DNA of 64,000 bases from Thermoplasmatota archaeon. Its GTDB lineage: Archaea; Thermoplasmatota; Penumbrarchaeia; Penumbrarchaeales; Penumbrarchaeaceae. This document shows positions 46,308 to 56,490 of this stretch, in pieces. The number at the start of each line of letters is the position of its first letter. The stretch's first letter is position 1. The stretch spans positions 355 to 64,354 of the forward strand of contig JAWOCK010000038.1 of assembly GCA_046483845.1 (NCBI GenBank), written 5' to 3'. The position numbers and the translations under genes are program-made. The notes beneath the pieces were generated by a model. The model made no database searches, was not told where the DNA came from, and saw only the letters and a program-made list of their open reading frames with translations.

Positions 46308-46916
46308 TTGGAATCCAGATACGGTCTAGTGACGGTACCTAACCTGCTTTCCGCATCCAGGATATTCTTCCTGCCCATTCTTTTCATACTCACCTTTCTG
46401 AGATATGATTTCTCTTTCCTTGCACTGTATATAGTGGTCGGCTCCACTGATTACTTCGACGGGATGGTGGCAAGGAAGCTGGACCAGACCTCCGGGTTCG
46501 GAAAGACCATAGATTCGGTGGCCGACCTCTTCTTCTACCTGGGGACCCTGGCCTTCATCTATCTTTGGTTCCCCGATATCGTGGAGGCTTTGGCCAGCAT
46601 GCTGGTCGTGTTCTTCGTCTTCTTTTTTTCATCGTTCGTGGTATCCTGGATCAAGATAGGCAAACCTATCCTCATGCACACCAGCCTTCTGAGGCTAAAT
46701 GCCGTGCTGGTCTACTTCCTGGTCATACTGTCGTTCCTGGTATACGGTCTCGGACTCGGGGAGAAAGCATACCCCGTCTACTTCGGGACCGTTATCCTTG
46801 CCATCTACATCCTCGCTTTCTCGGAGGAGATACTGATCTTCCTTTTCTACGGTGACGTGGACAGGGACACCAGGTTCATCTGGGAGCTGTGGGACACAAA
46901 CGAACATAGCAAATAG
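46308..46916 (+). CDS. CDP-alcohol phosphatidyltransferase family protein.
   Basis: The signature D-x2-DG-x2-AR...G-x3-D-x3-D is present as DYFDGMVARKLDQTSGFGKTIDSVAD. Multiple TM helices are present. Confidence 0.85.
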   Translation: MESRYGLVTVPNLLSASRIFFLPILFILTFLRYDFSFLALYIVVGSTDYFDGMVARKLDQTSGFGKTIDSVADLFFYLGTLAFIYLWFPDIVEALASMLVVFFVFFFSSFVVSWIKIGKPILMHTSLLRLNAVLVYFLVILSFLVYGLGLGEKAYPVYFGTVILAIYILAFSEEILIFLFYGDVDRDTRFIWELWDTNEHSK

Positions 46917-46964
46917 GAGTGCCTGTTTTGGACCTTCCTAACAAACGGGAAAGGGTGATGGCTC

Positions 46965-48155
46965 GTGGAGGTCTTGATCTGGGCGGAGTTCATTGTCACA
47001 ATAACGGTGCTGATGATAGTGGCAAGGAAGAGCCTGTGGCTGGCCCTTGCACTCTCCTCTCTGGTCCTCGGTCTTATAGCGGTACCCTTCGGTGACCTTT
47101 CCGTTCTGGTCTTCGAAACAATTACCGATCCCCCGGTGGTGCTCCTGGCCATCTCGGTGGGTCTCATCGCCATGATCGGAGGTGCCCTGGAGATCACCGG
47201 ACTGATCAACCAGCTCATGGACAATACCTCGCTCGGAAGAAGGTCCGCACTGGTGGTGCTGCCTGCAATGCTGGGCATGCTCCCCATACCCGGAGGCGCA
47301 CTTCTCTCCGCGCCGATAGTGAAGAAGGCGGGAGGCGGGGCAGCGGGGGACCTCAAGGTCAGCATCAACGTCTGGTCCCGGCATATTGCCCTTCTATTCT
47401 ATCCCCTCGGGTCCCTTCTCGCAACCACCAAGATGGCTGGGGTGAACCTCTATCAGGCCGTTCTGTACCTGCTACCTGGTCTGGTTCTCACCGTTGTGCT
47501 GATATGGATATTCCTCCTGAGGAAGGTGGAGGGGGGAAAGATGAACCATGGTGAGAAGTACAGAAGAAAAGCACTTCTTCCCGTCGTCCTCATCCTCATC
47601 GCACCGGCCATACATGCATCTCTGATGTACATGTTCCCTTCCGCAATGGAGGAGGTCTTCCTCTTCGTCGGCGTTTGCGTGAGCCTTGCGCTCATCATGT
47701 TGATAAAAGGAAAAGGAGCACGTTTCCTGGTCCCGGTTGCCCTGAAGATGAAGGCCTGGAACTTTGCCCTGATCATATTGGGCCTCTTCGTTTTCCTGAA
47801 GGTTTTCAATGCATCGGATTCCCCGGATGCCATAGCTTCCCTCCCCCTTTCCAGGCCACTGATGGTTGTGCTTGCCGGTGGTTTCCTCGGTATCGTGACC
47901 GGAAGGGTGAACGTTCCCATTTCGGTGATGCTTCCCATACTCTCCACCGCGGCATACCCCGAGATCGGCATCATCACCTTCTCCATCCTCTTCTTCGCTG
48001 TGTTCATCGGTTACCTGATATCACCGGTGCACCCCTGCGTCTCGGTCTCTCTTGAATATTTCAGGACGGACTACATCTCCATGCTGAAAAGAACGATAGT
48101 GCCGGCATTGATCGCCTGGGCATTCACAATGGCAGCTGCCTTCATATTGATATGA
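46965..48155 (+). CDS. DUF401-like polytopic membrane protein; putative transporter.
   Basis: About 10-11 TM helices in 396 aa. Gly/Pro-rich re-entrant-like segments occur (LPAMLGMLPIPGGALLSAPI). Confidence 0.45.
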   Translation: MEVLIWAEFIVTITVLMIVARKSLWLALALSSLVLGLIAVPFGDLSVLVFETITDPPVVLLAISVGLIAMIGGALEITGLINQLMDNTSLGRRSALVVLPAMLGMLPIPGGALLSAPIVKKAGGGAAGDLKVSINVWSRHIALLFYPLGSLLATTKMAGVNLYQAVLYLLPGLVLTVVLIWIFLLRKVEGGKMNHGEKYRRKALLPVVLILIAPAIHASLMYMFPSAMEEVFLFVGVCVSLALIMLIKGKGARFLVPVALKMKAWNFALIILGLFVFLKVFNASDSPDAIASLPLSRPLMVVLAGGFLGIVTGRVNVPISVMLPILSTAAYPEIGIITFSILFFAVFIGYLISPVHPCVSVSLEYFRTDYISMLKRTIVPALIAWAFTMAAAFILI

Positions 48156-48279
48156 TCCGGATCTGCTCTCGGAGGGATTGCTCCCGGAGAGGGCGGTGCA
48201 TCGATGACGGATATGTCGAACCTCTCCGGTGGCTTCGATCCCATCCGGTTCTGGCCGAGCAACAAACCATTGAAGATCT

Positions 48280-48516
48280 TTAATCTTGGCGGCTGCATAT
48301 GGAATGCTCTATGGCCTCTTCCGGGCAGGCATTGTAACAGGCGCAGCAGGAGATGCATTTCGTGATGTCCGTGCAGGTCGATCTGTCATCTTCCAGTTCC
48401 AGTATGTTCATGGGACATGCCTGGACGCACTCACCGGACCCTGTGCACTTGTCGTGGTCTATCTCAAGCACAACCTCTCCGTGCTCGTATCTCTTCTTCA
48501 TGTTCTCACCAGGCAC
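48280..48516 (-). CDS. 2x[4Fe-4S] ferredoxin.
   Basis: CTGSGECVQACP and CISCCACYNACP are present. A likely start is at MKKRYEHG (48501). Confidence 0.8.
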   Translation of the reverse strand: MPGENMKKRYEHGEVVLEIDHDKCTGSGECVQACPMNILELEDDRSTCTDITKCISCCACYNACPEEAIEHSICSRQD

Positions 48517-48556
48517 ACATATGACCTTCGGGATATAATGATCCCGGGTGTCATGA

Positions 48557-51500
48557 TCACTCCTCTATATCCATGTCCCTCTTCCTTGTCAGCAAGAAGA
48601 GAACAACGGCTGCAACGAGCAAAAACAACAGGACCGCGACCGCAAGCAGCATAAGCATCGAGACCCCTTTTTCCCCTGGCTGCTGCACCTCACCGGAGAA
48701 ACGGGTCTCCGGATCGTCTCCGGCAGTAGGATCGGTGAAGTAGTAATCGTAGGTCTCACCCTCCTCGAAGAGATCGGACCCCAGTTCCAGGGAGTACTTT
48801 CCGGGCTCGACCTCATCCATCTTCTTCGCCGCTATTACCTCGTCATTCTTCTTGACTATGAAATGGATATCCAGTCCCGGACCTCCTTCGGCAGTTACCT
48901 TCCAGTTACCATCATCATCGATGGTCACATCCGCTGAATAGAGGTCCCATTCCTCTTCATCATCGTCCCCCGCCGACGGGTCTTTCACATGCACCAACAG
49001 GTCCGCCGTGGCGCTCCCTCCCCTGCCGTCGGAAACGGTCAAGGTGACGGTGGTGATGGTCGCTTGTGAATCAAGCGGGAAGTCGATGATCAGCACATTG
49101 CCGGATAGAGCGATGTTCTGTGATACGGTCACCAGCTGCAAGTAGAGGTCCTGGTCATCCACATCATGGATCAGGGGTTCCATGTCAAGAGTGAACTCCT
49201 CCCCTTTGACCACCGTTTTGTTCCAGTCGTCGGGAACATTGAACACCGGCGGGTCATTAACGGGAAGGACCCCGATATCCACCGTGGTGTTCACTTCTTC
49301 CAGTCCATCACTGAGGGTGAGCAGTAAGGTCTCGTTGCCGAACCAGTTCTGAACAGGCTCCAGGGTGAGGTTCCAGGTAGTGGTGTTCAGTACGGTGGTG
49401 ATGTTCTCCCCGGAGACCACCGTCCACTCCAGGGCGCTGCTGTCAACGTCGAACATGTGCCGGGATAGTTCCAGGACATGTACCGTATCCTCCTCCATCC
49501 GGACCGAAGGTATCGGGGGAGTTATGACAGGAGGATCGTTCACCGGACGGACCACGAATTGGAAGGTGCCCTCGGTGTGGTTTCCGAAGGTATCCACCGC
49601 TCTGAAGGTGGCATTGGAGCTCCCGGACCAGTTGCCAAGGGTTGTCTTCACGTAACCCTCCTGAAAGGTGAGGTTCTCACCACCTTGTACGATCTCCGTG
49701 ATGAGATCGTCCATGTCGTAGAAATGGTCCGCAGGATCGAACTCAAGGGAGGTATCCTCGTCGAAATGGAGCACCCCGGGATCGTTGAACACAGGATCAC
49801 CGTCCAGTACCGGGTCCATCCGGATATATTTGGTCCAGTTGACCGATGTGTTCCACTCCCTGGGACCGGAGCTGAACCGGACGCTGCACAGTACATCCTC
49901 GTAGGTGGCCCTGGTCCTGGTGGGAGCATTGGTCCAATCGAACACGAACTTCAGGTCCGGTCCCTCTATCAATCCGGACCGGCCGTCCACGTTCAGCTCC
50001 CTGTGGTATCCGCCTGAAGAGTTGCGGATTTCAACGGTGGTGTAGAGCGGCTCCCCTGATTCGTCGGTGATGTCCATGTCCATGAACCAGGTCGCCCTCA
50101 CCGAGGCATTGAGGTCCATCTGCAGTTTCTCGGTATCGAAGGAGGTGTTCTTGAGGTGGACATGGTAGATGCTCCTGTAATTGGGTTCCAACTCAATATC
50201 TATGTCAGAGGAGTTCACTATCGTGTTGTTCTCCACCAGAATGAACTCCTCCTCGCAGAACATACCGCCGAGGGAGATGGCATAGGAGCAGTTGTAAAGT
50301 TCGTTTTCGCTTATGACCGTGTGGATATTTGAACCGGCATAGATCGAGCCCCCCTCCAATATATTATCCTCTATCCTTACATCCTCCTTTGCCCTGGATA
50401 TGTTCGCCGATGAGACAGTAATCCGGGCCCCTGTCATCCGGTTATTGGATATCAGAACAGGGGAGCTCTCGTAGACCCTGATGGTTCCTCCATTGCTGCA
50501 CAGATTGTCCCTGTAGACGACATTGGTAACATTGCGCAGTTCGGTGGACAACCGTGAATCCGTGATCTGGTATCTGTTGTTGAAAATGGTGGCGTTGTCG
50601 CCGTGCCCGATGTAGAAAGCATTGGTCCCCTCGACACCGTTGAAGACCCAGTTATTCTTCAGGACCAGGTTCTCGAAGCCGAAGAGAGCAAAAAAGGAAT
50701 GGTATCTGTTGTCCAGGTCACCATGGAAATAATTGAGGTCAAGGGTCAGATCGGTGCAGTCCTCCAGCCAGATCATCTTGTAAACATCGCTCTTGAAGAA
50801 CCTGTTGTGGTAGAGGGTCATGTTCCGGATGGGTACAAGAGATTCGATGAACCTGTCCGAAGACCCCCGGCTGCGGAAGAAACGGTTCCCCTCCAGGCGG
50901 ACATCGGTAATGCCGAAGGTGGTGGTCTTGTCCCCCCCAAAGGAAATGGCCAGTTCCTCGTTCTCGCTGAAGGTGTTGTCGATCAGTTTCAGGCCTCGGG
51001 AGAAGGGCTGGGGGCTGTACCCGACCAAAATGCCACCCGACACGCACTCGGTGAACTCGCAGTCGCGGACCGTTGTATTGTATCCATTCTCAATCATACC
51101 CCAACCGCACCTCAGGAATACCGAATCCTCGAAGACAACGTCCAAAGGAGCATACATCTCAACCCCGTTGTAATAATTACTGAAAAAGGTACCTGCATAG
51201 GAGGCGTTCTCTATCAATGTGTTCGACACATGGACATCGGTCCCGAAATGGATGGTGAAGGCGTACTGGGAGTGTTCGATGGATACATGATCGACCCTGC
51301 CGACGGACCCGGTCCTGAAGACGATGCCGAACCATTGTCCTGCGGCGGGGTTCTGGGTCGCGGACAAGAACTCCACCTCATTGCCTTGGGTTCCGTTCAG
51401 GATGAGTCTTCCATCAACGAATATCCTAAGCGGAGGGCTGAACTGTCCGACCTTTACCTCGCATCCTGCCTCGAACTCCACGGTAACCCCGTCATCGATG

Positions 51501-51670
51501 TATACATCGTCGCTCACCGTATAGCTGTCCGCGGAGAACACCGTATCCTCGGTGATGTGTCCAGAGATCATTCCCGCTCTGGTCATCGCTTCAGTACTAC
51601 CTGTGGAGACCAAAGCGGGCCCCAGGCTGATCGAGATCATTAAGATGGTTGCCAAGAATACTTTTTTCAT
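48557..51670 (-). CDS. Large cell-surface protein with a signal peptide, right-handed parallel beta-helix repeats, cadherin-like PVNDPP repeats and a C-terminal TM anchor.
   Basis: The signal is MKKVFLATILMISISLGPALVSTGS. A GGGGGA sequence lies 8 nt upstream of ATG 51670. Numerous N-x-I/V-x-N beta-helix rungs are present. Two VNDPPV cadherin-like segments occur. The C-terminus reads MLMLLAVAVLLFLLVAAVVLFLLTRKRD. Confidence 0.75.
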   Translation of the reverse strand: MKKVFLATILMISISLGPALVSTGSTEAMTRAGMISGHITEDTVFSADSYTVSDDVYIDDGVTVEFEAGCEVKVGQFSPPLRIFVDGRLILNGTQGNEVEFLSATQNPAAGQWFGIVFRTGSVGRVDHVSIEHSQYAFTIHFGTDVHVSNTLIENASYAGTFFSNYYNGVEMYAPLDVVFEDSVFLRCGWGMIENGYNTTVRDCEFTECVSGGILVGYSPQPFSRGLKLIDNTFSENEELAISFGGDKTTTFGITDVRLEGNRFFRSRGSSDRFIESLVPIRNMTLYHNRFFKSDVYKMIWLEDCTDLTLDLNYFHGDLDNRYHSFFALFGFENLVLKNNWVFNGVEGTNAFYIGHGDNATIFNNRYQITDSRLSTELRNVTNVVYRDNLCSNGGTIRVYESSPVLISNNRMTGARITVSSANISRAKEDVRIEDNILEGGSIYAGSNIHTVISENELYNCSYAISLGGMFCEEEFILVENNTIVNSSDIDIELEPNYRSIYHVHLKNTSFDTEKLQMDLNASVRATWFMDMDITDESGEPLYTTVEIRNSSGGYHRELNVDGRSGLIEGPDLKFVFDWTNAPTRTRATYEDVLCSVRFSSGPREWNTSVNWTKYIRMDPVLDGDPVFNDPGVLHFDEDTSLEFDPADHFYDMDDLITEIVQGGENLTFQEGYVKTTLGNWSGSSNATFRAVDTFGNHTEGTFQFVVRPVNDPPVITPPIPSVRMEEDTVHVLELSRHMFDVDSSALEWTVVSGENITTVLNTTTWNLTLEPVQNWFGNETLLLTLSDGLEEVNTTVDIGVLPVNDPPVFNVPDDWNKTVVKGEEFTLDMEPLIHDVDDQDLYLQLVTVSQNIALSGNVLIIDFPLDSQATITTVTLTVSDGRGGSATADLLVHVKDPSAGDDDEEEWDLYSADVTIDDDGNWKVTAEGGPGLDIHFIVKKNDEVIAAKKMDEVEPGKYSLELGSDLFEEGETYDYYFTDPTAGDDPETRFSGEVQQPGEKGVSMLMLLAVAVLLFLLVAAVVLFLLTRKRDMDIEE

Positions 51671-51738
51671 TACTGATCCCCCATGTATCCTGATACAACA
51701 ATGAGCGATGTAGGATGTAATATTTTCCATGGTTCGGG

Positions 51739-54700
51739 CTACGGCTCATCCTCACCCTGCTGCCGCGGGGGCACCGGGAGCCTTATCTCCCCTCCTCCCC
51801 TGGACCTTCTGTAGAGAATAATGAAGATCCCTACGAGGACAATAACGGCGGAAACAGAGAACACGATCACCGGCAGCATGGAGGCTTTGTCCTCCTGGAT
51901 TCCATCACTGCTTCCTTCTCCGTCCTCTCCGGTATCATCCTGTGAATCCACATCCGCGACCTTGATGGTCACGGACCTGGATACGTTGTGGCCCTCCGTT
52001 CCGTCGTCGGCATAGAGGGTTATCACGTGCTCTCCCATGGTCGGCTTGAACGATGTGGTCCCGCCGCTGCCTATATATCCGTCCCTGGAGGAGAACCAGG
52101 TGAGCCTCACGTTCTCATATTCACCCAACCCGTCGTCGTAGGTGCCGGTCGCATCCAGCAACACGGTGTCCCCCCCATTGAACTCGGTCCCGTTCTCCGG
52201 TTCCTTTATCCTGGGAACCGGAGGTCGGTCGATCCTGATCCAGGGGACCTCGATAATGGTATTGTAGGTGACCTTGTTCCCCACCAGGTCAAAGACGGTG
52301 AGTGTCAGTTCATGGTCCCCGTTCTCCACCAAAGATTCCACATGAAGGACCATACGATCCGCCGAGAGGTTGATCTCTACTTCCATGGTGGTGCGGTTCT
52401 CATCGGGACCGGTGATATGGACCGAGAGGGACTCGGGATCGACGCCGCAGCCCCCGATGTCCTTGATCTCCAGGTCCATAGAGAGGGTCCTCGTTCCCTC
52501 TGTTCGGTATATCCTCTGTCCTAGGAGGGTCACCACGGGCGCCGTACCGTCATGGAGTATCTCCATGACCGGGGTCCTTCCGGTGTTCCCCATGAGGTCC
52601 GCGTATTCTATCTGCATCCTTGCGGAGCCGCCTGGATCGATATGGGGCTCGACCATGAACCGATATCCTCCCCCGGACGGCTCGATCTCCCGGGGAGCTG
52701 TCCACGGGTCCTCACCCACCCGGTATGAGATGGAGAGCGGGTCAACGCCCACACCCTCCCCGTCATCCACGAACATGAGGATACCGGGATCGGTCTCCCC
52801 GTACCATATCCGAAGGGAGCTGATGTCGAGAGAAGGGGCTTCATCGTCCACCTTGACCCGTGCCTCAACAGGCCGGGACCTCCTATCCACCCAGTCGATC
52901 ATCCGGACCTCCACGGTGGCCGCATCGCCCTCTTTGGGAAGCTCGATATCGGTCCTGTTGGATGGATGGTAAAGAAGATGGGATGGGAAGGGAAGTATAT
53001 CGGAGTATTCATCCCTGTACTCAAGGGTTATGTCAGATCCCATTTTGCGGTTCCTGAAGAACATCAAAAACGGATAAAGCTCTCCCTCCACCATCGGGAG
53101 AGGTCGGACCTCTGACCTATCGTCCACAATGGTCCAGTCCATTATTTTTTTCCCGTCTATCTCCAGGTAGACCTCTCCGTGTCCCTTGAACCAGAACTCC
53201 TGATCAGCCGTCCTCGGTGCCTCCATCCACCCGTGCCACCTCACGCAGTGATCATCAGGGGGCAATATGGAGGGATCGGGGCCGAAGATACCCCATTCGT
53301 CCTCCCCGAAGGTGATGTCGGGGTCCACCCTCTCGAACACGATCTCATGGAAGTCCCTGCCGCTGCAGTAGGTGCCGAAGAGTCCCCCGCTCTCCATCAT
53401 CACGGTCGGGGCGCCCCCGTTCACGGAGTACCTCATCTCCCTGACCCCTGACCCGTTATGGTCGGCTCCGGACCCCACCGGGGAGAAGGAGACAATTTCA
53501 ACTGTACCATCTTGGGTGAACCCCTGGATACCATCCGATCCGGCCCAGAGACCTTCCATCGGGCCCGGTACCTCTGCATCAACGTTCATATCCAGTTCCA
53601 GCCTTCCTGATATTTCAGGCAGTGTCCATGTTGGAAGGTCATTTCCCTTCAGTTCAACGTTCAGGATGTAGTAACCGCGGCGATCAACGGTGAACGACGG
53701 GGGCGGGGTACCGTTGTAGTCGGTCCTCGAAAGCTCTTCTTCCATATCCATTATCACTATACTGATAGGGGCCTGGTCGAGGACCCTGGCCCTGTCACGA
53801 AAGTAGAGCAGCCGGAGTTCTTTGACCTCTATTTGGGCTCCGGGGACCACCGGATCGCCCAGGTTCACCATCATGCTCCCGTTGTTAAACAGGCGAACAT
53901 CCGGGTCCAGCTCCAGGTCCTTTTCCATTATCATCCTGTCGGAGAACAGCCTGTCGACGGAACGGCCGCCCGAGAAGAAGGCGATGACCAGTACGTCCAT
54001 TCTTCCCTTGTGGGGGAACAACAGACCAGGGCGGAAGGAAAAACGCCAATTTCCGTGAATGTTCGATCCGTCGTAGGACACTGATGTCACATTCAACCGG
54101 ACCGTATCGTACGGATCGTTCAGCACCCATCCTCCGTTCTCTATCAGGGCTAATGTGATGTTCGCCGTTGATGGACCAAGGACCACCCTTATCGAGGATA
54201 CATCGGAGTATCCCAAACTCGAGACCAAGGGCACCATCACATCCACCGAACCGTCGCCGCAGTAGACCCTCTTTTCGGCGACGGCGCTCCCGGATATCTC
54301 CATATCCCCTATGAAGATCGGCTTCCCCAGTATAAGATAGACCTCTCCGCAGAAGGGGCGCTCGTTTTCGGGTCCATCCGCCACCGGAGCGGAGACGAGC
54401 AGGTCGACCGCCCCGTCACCGTTCACGTCACCTGTTGAGATCTGCCATCCGAAAGAATCCCTCATGTCCTCTCCTTCTATGATGAAGAGGGCCTTGTCAT
54501 CGTGGAGTTGGACGAAGGTGTTGCCGGATCCTGAAAACACACCTTCATGCTCGAAGACAGCCACCATGCCGGCATATTTCCTGCCCACATGACCGATGTT
54601 GGCCAGGTGCCTGTGAGAGGTGGAGACCAGCAGGTCGACCTTACCATTGCTGTCCATATCCGCAAGATCGAACATGGTTCCCAGCTTGTCACCCGAATAA

Positions 54701-55695
54701 TCATCATACTTACTGTAGGGCTCCGCTCCTATGATCCGTATATCGCAGGAGGCATCACCCTCCATGTACCTGGTGAAGGCCCTACTGTCCTTTCCTTTGA
54801 ACACAAGTATCTCACCGCACTGTGGCTTGTCATCATATATGCCATCGGCACCCGGGGCCCCGACCAGTATGTCGTCCTTTCCGTCCTGGTCGATATCCCT
54901 GAGCATTACCTCCCAGCCGAAATGATCGTGGCTGTCGCTCCCCGATAACCTGACATCCATCACGGTGCTTGGGTCCTTAACAGTTAGGTTCGCGATCTTG
55001 GTAACGTTAAATATTATCAGCACGGAGCCACGATCGTTGGTGGAATAGGCCATCGTGTCATTGAAGGGTGCCCCGATCACCAGGTCCGCCCTACCATCGC
55101 CGTCGATGTCCCCGCTGTCCACGGAAATACCGAAATAGTCCTGATAAGGGGAAACGATCACGGTCCGGCTCCCGTTGCTCCATGTGATCTGCAGGCGGTC
55201 CTGGATATCCTTTGAGTAATGGCCAACCATGGAACTGACCAGGTCGTCGATGCCGTCCCCGTCCATGTCTCCCGAGAAGGCGAGGTTGCTGAAGGGGAAC
55301 TGGTCCGGAGGCTGGAAGCATCCGTAGGGAACATATGAGCTTGACCTGCCCGAACTGTAATGTATCACGCCGTTGGACCCGGTGGATGCCACCACCTCCG
55401 GTATCCCGTCACCGTCGAAGTCCCCGGTCTGCACCTGCTCGCCCGTGTAGACCTTGGAGACCTCATCCGTATCGGAGAGGTCCACAACCGGAGGGAGCTC
55501 TCCCTCACTCTGGTTGAAACATAACACCCCTCCCCCTCCGCCTGACACTTGCCCCTTGATGAATATGTCGTCGTTCTCGTCCCCGTCCTGGTCCGAGAGC
55601 TTGGCAAATGTGCCGGTCCTTGCACCGGAAACCCCGATGAACGTCACCGACGCGGCCTCGGATGCCAGCATCCTTCCGGTGTTGGAGTGCCCCAT
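51739..55695 (-). CDS. Giant surface protein with FG-GAP/integrin-alpha-like beta-propeller repeats, Ig/PKD-like domains and a C-terminal TM anchor. The N-terminus probably extends upstream of the first ATG.
   Basis: Repeated GDxDGDG(x)DLVV motifs are present, including GDFDGDGIPEVV, GDMDGDGIDDLV, GDIDGDGRADLVIGAP, RDIDQDGKDDILVGAP and GDVNGDGAVDLLVSAP. The C-terminal region contains VIVFSVSAVIVLVGIFIILYRRSRGGG. See the finding on the non-canonical start. Confidence 0.75.
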   Translation of the reverse strand: MGHSNTGRMLASEAASVTFIGVSGARTGTFAKLSDQDGDENDDIFIKGQVSGGGGGVLCFNQSEGELPPVVDLSDTDEVSKVYTGEQVQTGDFDGDGIPEVVASTGSNGVIHYSSGRSSSYVPYGCFQPPDQFPFSNLAFSGDMDGDGIDDLVSSMVGHYSKDIQDRLQITWSNGSRTVIVSPYQDYFGISVDSGDIDGDGRADLVIGAPFNDTMAYSTNDRGSVLIIFNVTKIANLTVKDPSTVMDVRLSGSDSHDHFGWEVMLRDIDQDGKDDILVGAPGADGIYDDKPQCGEILVFKGKDSRAFTRYMEGDASCDIRIIGAEPYSKYDDYSGDKLGTMFDLADMDSNGKVDLLVSTSHRHLANIGHVGRKYAGMVAVFEHEGVFSGSGNTFVQLHDDKALFIIEGEDMRDSFGWQISTGDVNGDGAVDLLVSAPVADGPENERPFCGEVYLILGKPIFIGDMEISGSAVAEKRVYCGDGSVDVMVPLVSSLGYSDVSSIRVVLGPSTANITLALIENGGWVLNDPYDTVRLNVTSVSYDGSNIHGNWRFSFRPGLLFPHKGRMDVLVIAFFSGGRSVDRLFSDRMIMEKDLELDPDVRLFNNGSMMVNLGDPVVPGAQIEVKELRLLYFRDRARVLDQAPISIVIMDMEEELSRTDYNGTPPPSFTVDRRGYYILNVELKGNDLPTWTLPEISGRLELDMNVDAEVPGPMEGLWAGSDGIQGFTQDGTVEIVSFSPVGSGADHNGSGVREMRYSVNGGAPTVMMESGGLFGTYCSGRDFHEIVFERVDPDITFGEDEWGIFGPDPSILPPDDHCVRWHGWMEAPRTADQEFWFKGHGEVYLEIDGKKIMDWTIVDDRSEVRPLPMVEGELYPFLMFFRNRKMGSDITLEYRDEYSDILPFPSHLLYHPSNRTDIELPKEGDAATVEVRMIDWVDRRSRPVEARVKVDDEAPSLDISSLRIWYGETDPGILMFVDDGEGVGVDPLSISYRVGEDPWTAPREIEPSGGGYRFMVEPHIDPGGSARMQIEYADLMGNTGRTPVMEILHDGTAPVVTLLGQRIYRTEGTRTLSMDLEIKDIGGCGVDPESLSVHITGPDENRTTMEVEINLSADRMVLHVESLVENGDHELTLTVFDLVGNKVTYNTIIEVPWIRIDRPPVPRIKEPENGTEFNGGDTVLLDATGTYDDGLGEYENVRLTWFSSRDGYIGSGGTTSFKPTMGEHVITLYADDGTEGHNVSRSVTIKVADVDSQDDTGEDGEGSSDGIQEDKASMLPVIVFSVSAVIVLVGIFIILYRRSRGGGEIRLPVPPRQQGEDEP

Positions 55696-55965
55696 GTAAT
55701 TTCCCTCCGCAGGGTCCGAGAGAACGAGCGCTGCAGGGAATATTATGTGGAATGCAAATACAACGAATACAATTGATGCCTTATAGTTGTACAGCGTGCT
55801 TCCTCCACCTATTTCACCGGAACAGCTTGTATTTTAACGGATCGGTTCATCCGTTGGATCATTGTACACATGTTCAAAGGGTCACCCATGTTCCGATACT
55901 GTGCATCACTCGAACATATCAGGGGACCCTCGCCCCTTTGGTCCAGGTCGAAGGCTGTTAGGGGC

Positions 55966-56490
55966 TCACCTTATCTTGAAGATCCTGGACCTGCGGGGGT
56001 CATCTGACCACTCTATGATCAGGTCCATGTCGAACTCGTCCTCTGCGAGCCTGACCACCTCGAGCAACTTGGCCCTGATATCCAGCTCGGGTCCGTTTCC
56101 GATCCCGGAGCAGTGTGAGTGGACCCTGATCTCATAGTGTTCACCGACCCTCTTCAGTATGAAAGGATACCCCCTGCAGATATTGGGCCTTCGAGGATGT
56201 ATCAGACATCTATTGTTTTCGAGATGCCTGCAGTGTCCGTCCACGGGCTCCCCTATGTACTCCCTGAGAGAGACATCCAACCATGTACGGGTGAAAACGT
56301 TGCCGCAGCATTTACCGCATCCGATGCACTCCCAGCGGAAACCCTCATCGATAGGTATGAAATCCTCGGGTCCCGCAGAGTACGGGATCCCCCCAAAATT
56401 CAGCTCATCTTCTTCCAAGGCCGTCGAAAAGGGCAGTAACATGGTAGTACTTAAACGGTTCTTTTGATCAGTCCTCGGGTCTGTTATCAA
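55966..56490 (-). CDS. YkgJ-family cysteine-cluster (CxxCxxCC) protein.
   Basis: FRWECIGCGKCCGNVF and further Cys/His residues (HCRHLENNRCLIHPRRPNICRGYP) are present. Confidence 0.65.
   Translation of the reverse strand: MITDPRTDQKNRLSTTMLLPFSTALEEDELNFGGIPYSAGPEDFIPIDEGFRWECIGCGKCCGNVFTRTWLDVSLREYIGEPVDGHCRHLENNRCLIHPRRPNICRGYPFILKRVGEHYEIRVHSHCSGIGNGPELDIRAKLLEVVRLAEDEFDMDLIIEWSDDPRRSRIFKIR

Noticed and set aside
50603-51643. 346-aa plus-strand ORF inside the beta-helix surface protein gene
   Set aside because: It is antisense to a strongly supported gene with signal peptide, repeats and anchor. Its composition is Gly/Pro/Val-rich, as expected for the antisense of an Asn/Thr-rich gene.
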